The translations under genes were made by a program, and so were the position numbers. Source: Octopus vulgaris (Eukaryota). From it: a stretch of DNA of 64,000 nt. The first letter of the stretch is position 1. Every line of letters starts with the position of its first letter. The stretch is from the NCBI GenBank assembly GCA_951406725.2, contig OX597815.1:210304001-210368000 (forward strand). The letters run 5' to 3'. Below the pieces are notes generated by a model. It ran no database searches and was not told where the DNA came from. It saw nothing but the letters and a program-made list of their open reading frames with translations. Shown here one piece after another: positions 43,384 to 56,202 of this stretch.

Positions 43384-44212
43384 TTAAATTAGAGATAAAA
43401 CCACTATTAGGCAAATCAAACAATGAAAAACTTAAGCCAATACATAAAAATTAATTAATCTATATTATTTTAAATATATATCAAAAGTATTAAAAGTTTA
43501 ATAAAAGATAATGGGTAAAACACTACGATCGTTTCAAGGCTGTACAATTCGTAATAATTCGAGTTATGGTTACAGTCAATCTTCAGGTAATTGAAATATT
43601 CATCTTAGTGAGGTTTAGCATAAACACGCTCATGCACAAACATAGACACACACACACTCACGCACACACACATGTATGCAATATTTATATATAATTAGAC
43701 CTGAAGAGACGCTGTAAAGTTAAGAGCTTTATAGACATGAAAACCTGGGTAAACCCGTAGACTTGTCATAACTATCCTTATCTAATTACTCTACCGGTCT
43801 ATAAATTAGAGGGGGATTCCCTTTCAGGTTTATGAGTAACTGTCAATATATATATATATATAGGGAGATGTACTTGCATAGCAAGTGATTTGATCTGAGA
43901 TTGTGTGCGTCAGTGAACAGGTCGCGGTCTGAAAGCGACGAAAATATTTTGACAAATTAAACTTAAATGTTGAAGTGAATCGAAAGGCTTTTGTGTGTTT
44001 CTTAAATGGCTTATAAACACCTTCCACGCTGCAATTGTTTTACGAATTGGACAGCCATGTACCGATCGTAGTGTTTTACTCATTATCTTTTATTAAACTT
44101 TTAATACTTTTTATATATATTTAAAATAATATAAATTAATTAAATATATGTATTGGCTTCAGTTTTTCATTGTTTGATTTGCCTAATAGTGGTTTTATCT
44201 CTAAATTAATAT
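43381..44212. mobile_element. Second fold-back element (~170-bp diverged arms) with hammerhead-like motifs
   Basis: Arms 43381-43553 and 44040-44212 are reverse complements; minus-strand motif tac-CTGAAGA-..ctgta..tacag..-GAAA-cga-TC-gta at 43522-43590; weaker plus-strand motif at 43701-43750. Confidence 0.75.
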
Positions 44213-44633
44213 AATATATTTGTGTATATATATCGCCAGTAAATCCTAAATCTGAAAGAGAATCATCCTCTAAGTTTTATATATATATACATAACTGCAC
44301 ACGCGGTGCTATACCCTTGTTACTTGTATACGTCACAAAACAGTTCGTCTGAACACACATGCATACACACCTACGTTTCGGAGTGTGCATATAAATACAC
44401 ACGCATACGCTCACTTTCAATCACAGAAATTATTTTTAATATTTTATTTTTTCCTAAAACGTGGCTAACACTCAGTTTTCTTCCAAATGTGTAACGTGAG
44501 ATGTTCTACTGTTGTAAGTTCTGGTATAAAAGAACGAGGAAGTAATATATGCATGGCGAAATGCAGACTTACAGTTAAATAGTTATAATTTATATAGGAT
44601 AAATTTTGTTTCCGGGAAAACAAAAAAAAATGT

Positions 44634-44936
44634 CGATAACCATTAAATTTATGCGTCTCGAAACAAACCGATAGAAATCTCTAAAAATTCGTTATTACCG
44701 TATTGGTCCAATTTCGGGGTTAATTCACAAGAAATTTTCCCCTCTTCAGCGGCACATACGCGAGATATAAATGAAATACTTATTCATACCCATTTCATTT
44801 ATATCTCGCGTATGTGCCGCTGAAGAGGGGAGAATTTCTTGTGAATTAACCCCGAAATTGGACCAATGCGGTAATAACGAATTTTTTAGAGATTTCTATC
44901 GGTTTGTTTCGAGACGCATAAATTTAATGGTTATCG
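44634..44936. mobile_element. Third fold-back element (~144-bp near-perfect arms, 14-nt loop) with a hammerhead in each arm
   Basis: Arms 44634-44777 and 44792-44936; tgccg-CTGAAGA-gggg..cccc-GAAA-ttggaccaa-T(A/G)-cggta at 44696-44754 (-) and 44815-44873 (+). Confidence 0.85.
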
Positions 44937-47900
44937 TCAATGTTTTGTTTTCGGCGTATCTGGCATTAGAAGTTTTCTTCTGCCCTTATCTTGTAAATTA
45001 TGTAAGTTAAATAGTTATAGGTACAAATGTATTAGATACAGAAGTGAAATTAACAAAAACAGAATCTGCCTTATATGCTGTGTAACAAGACTTTTCAGGT
45101 GAACGATAACATTCTTAATTATCTTAATGTACTTTAATTTGAATTTGATTTTGATAACCAGTTTTCACTTCAATTGATTTTGTTTTGGATTTAAGAAAAC
45201 ATTTATTACAACATCAACAGCAATTACGATTTCAAGTATTTCTATGATAAAGATAGTGATGGCTGTGAGATAATGAAGTTAGTGGTGGTAATTGTGGTTA
45301 TGCTTATTGTAATGTTAGTTGTGGTGGTAACGGTGAGGTACAAAGTATGTTTTGATGTGGCATTTCAAAATGTAATTAAGGAGAACATGTTGAAAAAATA
45401 ATTATTTGTATGATCACTGCTTTAATTTTTCATTAGTTTCTGTATCTTCAAGTTTGGCTTGATGAATGTTATGTATCAGATTTTCATGTAATCCCCAGGG
45501 ATCCTTCTTTTTTAAATTAAGCTCTCCAAGTTCAATGTTATTTGAAAATGAATAAAATAAAACACAAGACTGATCAGTTGGTGTTTAAAGAAAAATAATT
45601 ATCGTTTGCGATTTTTTTTTCTTAATGATGTAGCATTTGTTATGTTTTAGATGCTGATAATGATCAAGCAGCATTGAATAATTAATAACCATTACATCAT
45701 ACTTCTAATTCTCTTCTAATTATGTTTAATGACAACTACAGATGAACCAGTCAATGTTACACATCATTTCGTGATCATGGGACAGATATTTAAGGACTGT
45801 TAAACATCTGAAAGGCCATGTTTAATACCGTTGAGAAAGCTATGATTTGAATACTTTACAGTTCCTAAATAAACAACTTAGTATAAAGCTAATTAATTTT
45901 ATAGTGGCAACACTGGGTTTTAGAATATACTTTTGTTACCATGTAGCCGCTTGAATCCGTTTGACTCATTAACATACAAGAAACATGGAATGCATGTAAA
46001 ACTACTGGAAATTAAAATAATCGCTATACGAATTTTAGTGGATTATTTGATTATTTTGCGGTAAATTTGGTGAATATTTACAACTGGTAAGCTATGGCGA
46101 CCTGCTAAGAACGTTAATGACGTTTGTAATAAAGCGAAAATAGATTTATGCCATAAGAACTCTTCCTCTAACACACGGATACATTTAAAAAATGTGTGAC
46201 TATTTCATGTGAAGACTTAGAAACATTTCTTTTGATGTCGTTGCAGGATAAGTCTCACTTAAATGAGGCAAAATTACCAGATAGCTCAATTTTATTAGAG
46301 GAAATAGTAACATGTAAAAGCAAATGATTGATGTTTAGCTACACGTCCTTATTGCAACGACTAGGATGTCTTGATCTGACGCACCGAGAATCTAACAACT
46401 ATTTCTGCTGCACATAGATATCCTCAATGTATGCGATATTTTAAGAATGGATTTGTTTTACAATTTTCCTTAATTTTAAACACGGGCGAGTTTACTTGTT
46501 AAATCGATTGCATTGCATAGCCTAACAAAGCAATTAAAAATTAGGAATGGTGATCACTCCACAAAAATTATTTTCTTCTTCAGTCAGGGAAATTTGTGAA
46601 GACACAGGAGAGAAGCTAACAGGCAGTGGTACAATGTAAACTTTTGACAATGGCTACAAAAGTAGTGGTTCATCCTCTTCTGAATTACTGCGCTTCCTTA
46701 CCTCACAACAATTTTGTTATACTGATAGGAAATATCCAAAAGTTGCCATGATAATCATGTGAAATATTGGAATGATCGATCGAACAGAATATGGTTTACG
46801 ACTCGACTGAAGGCTGTTTACAACTACTACGTTTCCAAGCTCATTTCAATATGTTATAGAAAGGATTGTCATAAATTAGTATAAAGTTATTTTGTGGCCA
46901 AGATCCTAATTTATTAAATGCATAAGGTAACAAATTATTAACTCACATCAAAATAGATTAGGGTGCAAAATATATTTTTCTTACATAAAAACAAAACAGA
47001 CTTCCTTTTATAATGACAAGAAGCTTTCTGATAACATATATTTTTCATCCTTTATGATATATTTCTGTATATTTCGTTTTACAATTCTCCATTCGCCGGC
47101 ATTGCCTCTCAACAAATAATAAAGATTGAGTATTTGAATATAGTTGCTTCTGTTTTCGAAGATTTGGCATGCATAAAATATGTAGAATGTATATAAAATC
47201 AATATATACTCTAGAGATAAGAGATATTCAACTTTATATCAGTCATGTTTTGTTTTCAAACGATATTGAAAACATGATTATGGTGGTAGTATTGGTTGTG
47301 AACAAAATGATAACACTCGTGATAATGATTATGGACTTTTTCATTTAGGAGACAACTTTCAAACCAGGTTTTCAAAATGTAATCATTGTAAAATAAACAA
47401 TTAAATTGAATAACATGTAAACAGTTTTATGCTCATTATATTGCCAAACTTTCAATGAGTATATATTCAGATTAAATTTTAATTACTGTGATTGCAACAA
47501 CTGCAATATCCATATGTACATACAAAATATTTTAATGAAAAAGAAACGCAGTTTACTATATAAGCAGAACTATACCTAAAAATGTTTTCATTAAAAAATA
47601 ATTGATAGTAAATAAATAAGTGCTGAAAATTATCTATCATAGCGAATAGTTATGACACAAACAAAAGAAACTTTATTTTAAGTGTATGAATTTGATGAAA
47701 TATGTGAAAGAGGAAAATATTTCATTTAAATACTATTTTTATGTTCTTATAATGTTGTTATAGTTTGAAATATTTTATATTTTTATTTGAAATTTGCTAC
47801 CTGTTAATAACTAAATGTTGAAAGAATATGAACACCTAAGTATTAATTGGCCTTTAATAGACTTATGTCGAGCATTATTTTTATGGAATGAAGCAGATGA

Positions 47901-48149
47901 AATATACACTCACCCCCAACCAGTCTCTCATACTTAAAATTCACTCATTATCTAGTAATAAGTGTCAATACTTAGGTCACAATGAATAATGTAAAATACT
48001 CACATATGACCAGAAACTCAATGAAAACATTATACTTGGTTTTAATCCTTAAACCGTAAAGTAGTTAAATACTTTATATCCCTTAGATGTATTATCTTTA
48101 TAGTGACAAATATAGTGAATACTGAAAGTCTGACTGCACAAGACCTGGT

Positions 48150-49400
48150 ATAGTGTCCTCTACCATTATAATCACAGATCTGAAGAGTAGACGATACAAC
48201 ATTCCTTGCCGCCCGCACCATTCCAAACATATTTCCTGATCTGATAAGGTGCAGTTCTACATGTCCTAAAAAATTCTGGATATATTGTAAATAAAAAAGA
48301 ACTTCCATCACTACCCCAGACTTCTACAGTATCTTTGAATTTACATTGAATATTTGTGAACAAGTTTCTTATTTGGAGGTTGTAATATATGTCCCAGTAA
48401 CTTAAGCCACTAAAATAATTTGGAGTAATCAACTATATAAACTTACAATTTAAAATATGTTCCATACATTTGCTCCAAAAATCATTCACTACTTTCGAAT
48501 AATTTGATGCTTTTCATCTGTTTTCAGACTCATTTGTAATTCTTTCACATTCACTGGAACTGTAGCGACTGTGACAATGAATAAGTAAATAGGCTTATCT
48601 TTTAATTATTAATTTGTAGAATAAAGCACTTGCAAACAAATTTTAATCTATGTAACTACAACCAAGTTAGAAACACTTTTATTTCAGTCACCGTATGTAC
48701 GTCACAATAAATGCAAGATATCTGAATTTATTTGGTCTTCATCTCGTCATATTACTCAGTTTGAAGCAATTATGTATATAGCTTATTGAAATTAATATTG
48801 TCTTAGCAGTACTAATAATGAAGCGCAGCAAGTTTTGTTGATTGAGTTTCAGAACAATTTGCCGTTGATTCCAATAGAGTAATGCCATCGACAAATTCGT
48901 TGTCATTGAAACCTATTTCTGAGCATCTTATAACGAAGATAGATTGATGATAACACAAGAGCTTGAATTCATTTTATGTCTTTGCTTAGTGAGTTTGTCG
49001 TGTATTGCGATAAAAGAATAGGTGACAATATAATTCCAGAGGTACACCAATAATAGCTTTGTTGAAAATAGAATTATTTAATTAAAATGGAAGTACTTGT
49101 AACTATAAAGTTGTTAAATGTGTTATTCCTTTAGACATGTTACTTGTATAGTGACAATTATGCTGCCAGCATAAAATCAGTTATAGCAAATTTTGATGAC
49201 CCAATCTGTAATATTATCCTCAACTATGATCTAGAAAAGTTCCTGTTGTCACAGCGATACTAAATGAATTTTTGAAATCAATACAAGTCATAATCAGTGG
49301 AGGTTTTTCGTCTTTGAATATTTCTATTATTATTGTCATCTATTCTGTGCAGCATCTACCTTCTCCATATACCGTTGTTACTTCTCCTGATAGGGATTTG
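48150..49400 (-). pseudogene. Highly decayed LINE reverse transcriptase remnant
   Basis: Colinear minus-strand relics: GRCCTE..., PLIMTCIDFKNSF (cf. FIDFKKAFD), GIILSPILL (cf. QGxxLSPxLF), DNEFVDGITLL (cf. DLDFADDIALL). Boundaries are approximate. Confidence 0.6.
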
Positions 49401-51788
49401 AATTCGGTGAAACTAAATTAAAAAAATAAACTTTAAAATATTTAATCACTGGTGACATTAGCAAATTTAAAAATTTATAAAGTCAAGTAATTACATGAGA
49501 ATAGGCAGTCATTTTGTTTTTAACAAAATAACAAGAGCTACGCACAGGGTATCCTACAACTGTAGCATAGCAATCAGAGTTGACAAACCGCCACTAGACG
49601 TACGAGATATATGGAGCCATAAATTACTACATAATATATCAGCTACTGTAGGCCCCACCATAATATTTCAATGGAGAGGAAAACGCAAGACCAAAGGGAA
49701 TCACCTCTTTTTCCTCAAAAATGTATTTTAACATGATAAAGCCAAATCAATAGACTACCGTGAGTATTAGGTTTGTATTAAATTAAAACTGTACACGTGT
49801 CCATTTGCGTATGTGAAGTGTTTTTAAATAAATTTATCTTAAACATAATAGTTGCGCACTTAGTTTCGTAATGCATATACATCACAATTGATCAACTTCT
49901 CATAAAGAAGCCGAGTTTGGAAACTAAATGTACAACAAAATTTTCTACTGTATCTTTTCAAGGTTACTCTAGCTATCTTACTTTGAACAATATTGGATGA
50001 CATAAATAAGTAAATAATTTACATCTTACATAAGTACATCTGGAATGTTGTACTTAATTAATTCAATATGTTTACTAATGATAATTCGATTGTTATATTG
50101 TGACTTGATTTTTAGGTCTGCGACTGGCTCTATTAATCACAAAATAGGTAATGGTATAGAAACCAAATAGTCAAAATAGAACCCCACAAATGTGCGCTCA
50201 CACTTCTAACGCTAATAATACTTCCTATATCACTCGTATGGGGTTGATTATATCGTAGTTCATGTTTGAAATGGCTACAGGTGTGCTTCTTGTGTTTGCT
50301 CACAAAACATTGAAAAGTTGTTTAGGTGAAAGAAAGACTGCTTATAAATTTGTCTATTGCTCTAAAGATATCGATAATAATATTTGTTGCACTCTTATAA
50401 TCTGCTTATATATACAGATTTGGGGGGAATGAAATGCGATGATATGTCTACCGGCGTTATCTAATATCTTATAGTCAAGGCACCTATTTCTGTAAATAAA
50501 TACTAAATATATAAATTTATTAATCCAATTTACATCAAATATTTTTTTATCTATTACAATAAGTAAAGATTACAATTTTTTTGTTTTCAGAAATTTATCA
50601 AAAAATCGGATTGGCATCTTTGCTGATTTGTGCAAGTTGGTAGGAGGTCAAAGAATAGAAAAAATAAATAATTGCAAAGAAACATCCTTTGCAAGCAAGG
50701 CGGTCAAAAATGTATATAAAACGTAAATCTCTTTAAGTCTGGAAATATAAAATTTTACTAATGTTAAAAATACTGTAGGTCTATAAACTAAAGTTTATAA
50801 ATGAGTTTGGTTCAGCAGAAGATGGGTTTTTAATGATTTTGTTTTTGTAATTTGACAGTGAAAGAATGATTTTTAGCTTTCGTGGTAAAATATTCTTCCA
50901 TATGCCAATATTGTTTGTAACACGTTTATATGGCACGTAGTTAACACAGTGGTATAAAATATACACTACGTATACTGATGCACAACATTTTCCAGATTTA
51001 TGAGTCATTATTACTTTACAGAATGAACAGAATATTTTTCTTTTTTTCTTACATGGGTGAGATGCTCCACTAAAGCTTGAGAATAAGAAAATCGCATTGA
51101 AAATGCAAGCCTGCGTTTATATGCTGGAAGTATTTGAAGCCAGCGAAGAGACGTTCCTGTGTTCCTATCCAGTGAAAGGTGGGGGACGAACGTGGGCGTA
51201 GCTTTAATACATGGGATGAAATAACATCGTTTCTCCAATACTCTCTAGAGTATTTAATACCCGGCAATCGGTATAGAAAGTCACAAGAAATATTTATAGT
51301 AATAACGATGGCATCATTCTCCCTCATTATCTGGAAAATTGCTGTACTGCAAAGAGCATGCGGTTATGTTGATACACTCATAAACTTTCAAGAATCCATT
51401 AGGAGGAAATTTATCCGAACTAGACAAATGAAAATAATGTGCAATTAACCGTCACACTGCATGGCCATCCACACATATATTTCACAACAAATCAGGTAAT
51501 CACCAAACTAGGATGCTCACTAATCAACATCGACCGTACAACTATCTTTTCAGCCCTACATTTTACTATCAAAGGGGAAATTGGTCTAATTCTCCTTCCC
51601 GCTTACTAATACTCCACCTCCTTTGCTAATTCTCCACCCTTGTTGCTTCTTTCTGTTTTCTTTTTAGTTTCCGTTTTCAGCCGTCTATCTTGCATATCTA
51701 CTTATTGTTCGGCTTTTCTCGTCTTTTTTTCACATCGTATCGGCCTATCTTTAACTCGTTAAGCCATGAGAGCAGTTTTATTAAATAA

Positions 51789-51790
51789 TA

Positions 51791-51842
<52 letters not shown>

Positions 51843-51847
51843 TATAT

Positions 51848-51916
<69 letters not shown>

Positions 51917-51933
51917 TATATGTACACACACAC

Positions 51934-51975
<42 letters not shown>

Positions 51976-51985
51976 ATACACACAC
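51789..51985. repeat. (TA)n/(CATATA)n compound microsatellite
   Basis: Direct sequence. Confidence 0.95.
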
Positions 51986-53329
51986 AGAGTAATAAGTTAC
52001 GTTATCAATTAAGTAAAATTTCTGATGATAAAATCAGTTGACAGTGTTTTTATAATCGTTATTCTAAGTTTTATGAAAATGCTCATGACAAAGACACACA
52101 TTGTATCGAAAAGCTGTAATAAAATACACGGTGTAAATGTGTATTCTTACATGAGCGCACGGACACACACACTCACACATAGAGGGAAATACCAAAGGAA
52201 GGAGAAATAAAATGCCAGACAAATAGTCTGACAGACAGATAGATAAGCTGACAGCCTTCTAATAATACTTTTAGTTCAACACCCATCTTGAGCAAGACAA
52301 CTGTCCGACCTTAATTCCAGCAGCCAATGGCTTTCAACGTATAAAAGAACAGAGAAGAAAACAGTTATATGCTTGCTAATTTCCATAACCTAAAAAGAAA
52401 AGGATCAAAAAGAAAGCGGCCAGAGACATACATTCGAATAACATAGGCAAACGCTATATTTTATATGTCTTGATATATCGCCACCTCCAGATGTATCATA
52501 ATTGCAGAAACGTAAATAAAAATTATGTGTGGTGTAGGCAGACGAGAGATGTTATCGTGTCGGCAGAGCAAATAAATATATCAAGAAGGTGTGGTAGAGA
52601 AAATGGATAGTGGGGACACTTTTGGGGTTGGCAAAAGTTTATTAGTGTACAACCAGGTATATACCTAAAGGGGTAAGTTTCGTGAGTTGATAAGGCCGAT
52701 GAGACCTTTTCAGGTGGTATTTTGTATACGTTGGTATTTTCAGATGACAAATGAAGATGATATGCATATTAGATGGTGTTGCATAATGTAACTGTTTATT
52801 TTTAATTATATTTAATTAATTACAAAATTACTTTGCTGCAATATTAAGTATCAAATAATTCTGTTATCACTATTTGTAATTCGTATGTATGCAGTTAATA
52901 TAGGTTCATAAATAACTCAGATATGACATTGGTCTATATGTTGAATTCATAAAAACGATATTATTGAACTCATGTCGTATACTGAAAATATAATCTTATG
53001 TTCATTTATTGTAATTTTTTCAGGGTTGTTTTCTGTAAGATTTTGTAAATCACCTGTTCTATTTCTGATAAGTTTAGAACTACAGAAATTGAAATATAAT
53101 TTAAGTTGTTTGGTAAAATATTGTAGAAAACAATCGTTATTTAAAGATATAGCTAATGCTATAGCTGTTAATGTTTTTCGCAAAAACGTATACATTAGTT
53201 TACACAATAAGTTTTAAATATCCATATAAAAATAACAATGTCAAGATTTAAAGAATACACATATATTATAATATATTATATGTATTATATGGTTACATAT
53301 TTATGCATGCATAAACGCGTAGATACGTA

Positions 53330-53375
<46 letters not shown>

Positions 53376-53395
53376 TATATATATAAATGTATATA

Positions 53396-53479
<84 letters not shown>
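53330..53479. repeat. (TA)n microsatellite
   Basis: Direct sequence. Confidence 0.95.
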
Positions 53480-53482
<3 letters not shown>

Positions 53483-53789
53483 GATAAGTATACACCTGGG
53501 TGTAAATATTTGTATGTACATATATAGTGAAGAGAAAAATGACGGAGAGAGTAGAAAGTATGTTAGCAAAATATGGAAGGTAATTAGTTTTATAACAAAT
53601 TAATAATATCTAAATGAATTATTTACTCTGTAAAACACCTGTTACCATACATTTCTAATAGCTTAATAGGTGTTGATAGAGAACGCAAATAATAAGTAAT
53701 AACATATTTAAATTCGTTTGTCTTGTTGAGTGAGCTACAATATTGTCGTTGAAATACTGCAAATCAGATGAAATAAATGGCTGTTATAC

Positions 53790-54935
53790 AGTGTTTTCAA
53801 AAATCTATTTTATTTTCGAAAACCTGGGAATGTTTGTGTTATTGTTATATTTCGGGTCCGAGCGTTGCAATGCAATAGTAAAGGAAACACAGTAATGACA
53901 CTCGCACATTTATTCGATATGACTCCCTCTGTTTCAAATCACACTCTTAAGTCTAGGTGTGAATGCTTCCCACTTGGCACGAAGCTGTTCTTGAGGAATC
54001 GAAGCCCATCCTTGGGGCAGTTTTGCATTCAGAGCATGAGGAGTGCTCGAGATCATTGTCTCTCAAATGGACTGAACAAGTAAATCCAAGTGGTTGAGAA
54101 TGGAGCATATTAAGGAGCGAACATCCTTGCATATGAATGACGGAATGTTTTACTGAATCCGGTGTGGTGTCTGTTTGGAGTTGTGGGCTAGTGCCTAGTC
54201 GTGTTGTTGGCTTGAAGGTGCGCTTTGAAAGTATTCATTCTCCATAGAAGCAGTTTAGCTTCTGGAATGTTGCTAATGTTTCGCTGGGTGAAACTTGATG
54301 GCAACAAATGACGCGAGACCTTCCAGTCTCTGTCACAGCCACCCACACCATAACTTACTGTGGATTTTGACATTGATTTACGAGTCTTCGCTCGACGGAG
54401 CAAGATACACAGAAAAGTGGGTCATTCTGTTGGTTTACTGTCTGCTCGATGTCAATTTCTTTTCATCAGCGAACACCGGCTTGAGCAACGCTCCATCAGA
54501 AATATGACTTCTCTCCACTCTCATGGTCTTACAAACTTGCATGAGCTCATGACGGTGGATCATATTGTAGGAGTGGTTCCTGAGATCCTTCTTCAGCATT
54601 TGAGACATCGATGTCCGTCTTATTTTTTGCTGTGGTAGCCAGTTTTCTGACAGAACGACGAAGATTTCACCGTATCTCTTCTTTGGTACTTTTGGTAAGC
54701 CGATGGATCCCCACATTTCTTTTGCGGTCACATCCACGGCGATCAGCAGTGGAACCAGTCTTCTGAAATTTCTTGGCAATTTTCCTTACAGTTGTTGGTT
54801 TATTTTAAGCTATTTACTGTAATTGTATTACTTTCGTCTCCTGTGTTGAGGGTTACGATTGTATTTCGGTGTATACCCATTATTTGATTTATAACTGAAT
54901 TTATTTAGTCTAAAACAAAATGGAGACACACTAAA
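53790..54935 (-). mobile_element. Decayed Tc1/mariner-superfamily transposon, probably maT/DD37D-like
   Basis: Minus strand LKKDLRNHSYN..RHEL and VFADEKKLT (first catalytic D), plus downstream relics resembling xMVWG and LNPLD; TIRs not clearly resolved. Confidence 0.55.
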
Positions 54936-55013
54936 CTTTTATAATGATGCAAATTTACCATATTTTATCACATTTATTGATAGTTATTAAAGCCTGAAAA
55001 TTCGATTGCCTTA

Positions 55014-55066
<53 letters not shown>

Positions 55067-55263
55067 TTCATATAAAATTTACAGACTTCAGTAAGGGATA
55101 CTAAAATCCAATGAAAATACTGGTTAGTTACCTATTTAAAAGTGTTAAATATTACAATTAATATTCGACGGTAACGTAACTAGATAAACCGTGATTTATA
55201 TGTATTTTAAGAAGATAAGAAAATAGGGAGATAAAAAATATTTATTAATTAAAAATTGACATC

Positions 55264-55348
55264 AACTCTGAGAGCTAGTTCGATTCCAGACCTTTAGAAA
55301 TTAATTACCATAATTAAAACGATTTAAAAGTTGATTCTCATCAGAGTT
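55264..55348 (-). ncRNA. Degenerate hammerhead motif in an AT-rich PLE-like remnant next to (TA)n
   Basis: Minus strand aact-CTGATGA-gaatc[long loop]..c-GAA-ctagctc-TC-agagtt; core partly decayed. Confidence 0.4.
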
Positions 55349-55803
55349 CGCTAAAGATATGCAATTAGGTATTCATATTCCTGATTGTTGAGTATACGGC
55401 TCCTAACCATTAACTGATAAAATTTATATATAAAGAATATGGTATAAACCTTACAAAAGGAAGGTAGTATATTTATTGGAGTTACAATAAAAGTAAGAAA
55501 AGAACAATATATCCTTCTACGTTGTTGTTAAATAGAAGAAAAATGCGTAAGTAGGTGTATGAGTATAATTGCAATATATTATTAATGTAATAGATAACCA
55601 GTGTGTAAATTAAAATTATAAAACAGATACGACGAGTGAATAAAATAGAAATTAAAAATCTAAAAGTAAAAATAAAGTATAAATTAAATTAAAAGTAAGG
55701 GGGTATCCATAAAATAGCTTATAATTTAATATTAAATGTGTATACAATCAAAATAATGGCAATAGTTAAAGGTGCATTATTTTTGGGTGTATTATAATAT
55801 TAT

Positions 55804-56187
55804 GGAATGGAAGCACTCCGTCGGTTACGACGACGAGGGTTCCGGCTGATCCGATCAACGGAACAGCCTGCTCGTGAAATTAACGTGCAAGTGGCTGAGC
55901 ACTTAACAGACACGTGTACCCTTAACGTAGTTCTCAGGGATATTCAGCGTGACAAAGAGAGTGACAAGGCCGGCCCCTTGAAACACAGGTACAACAGAAA
56001 CAGGAAGCAAGAGTGAGAGAATGTTGTGGTGAAAGAGTACAGCAGGGACATCACCATCCCTGCCGGAGCCTCGTGGAGCTTTAGGTGTTTTCGCTCAATA
56101 AACACTCACAACGCCCGGTCTGGGAATCGAAACCGCGATCCTACGACTGCGAGCTCGCTGCCCTAACCACTTGGCCATTGCGCCTCC
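55804..56187 (-). mobile_element. Full-length tRNA-derived SINE family D with 11-bp TSD
   Basis: Head ggaggcgcaatggccaagtggttagggcagc, B box ggtttcgattccc, ttccattcc tail; TSD tataatattat at 55793-55803 and 56188-56198. Confidence 0.9.
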
Positions 56188-56202
56188 TATAATATTATAT
56201 AA

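Noticed and set aside
44634-44936. Both arm substitutions are A-to-G, suggesting ADAR editing before reverse transcription
   Set aside because: Only two sites, transitions are the commonest mutations, and the larger palindrome at 42374-43179 shows no such pattern.
48042-48432. Cysteine-rich minus-strand ORFs as a lectin-like host exon
   Set aside because: Needs frameshifts, lacks clear splice sites, and is colinear with the decayed LINE RT remnant, which explains it better.
55807-56016. 69-aa ATG-initiated ORF and SINE heads as functional gene or tRNA
   Set aside because: The ORF is antisense within a TSD-flanked SINE; the tRNA-like heads continue into SINE bodies and lack a convincing complete cloverleaf.
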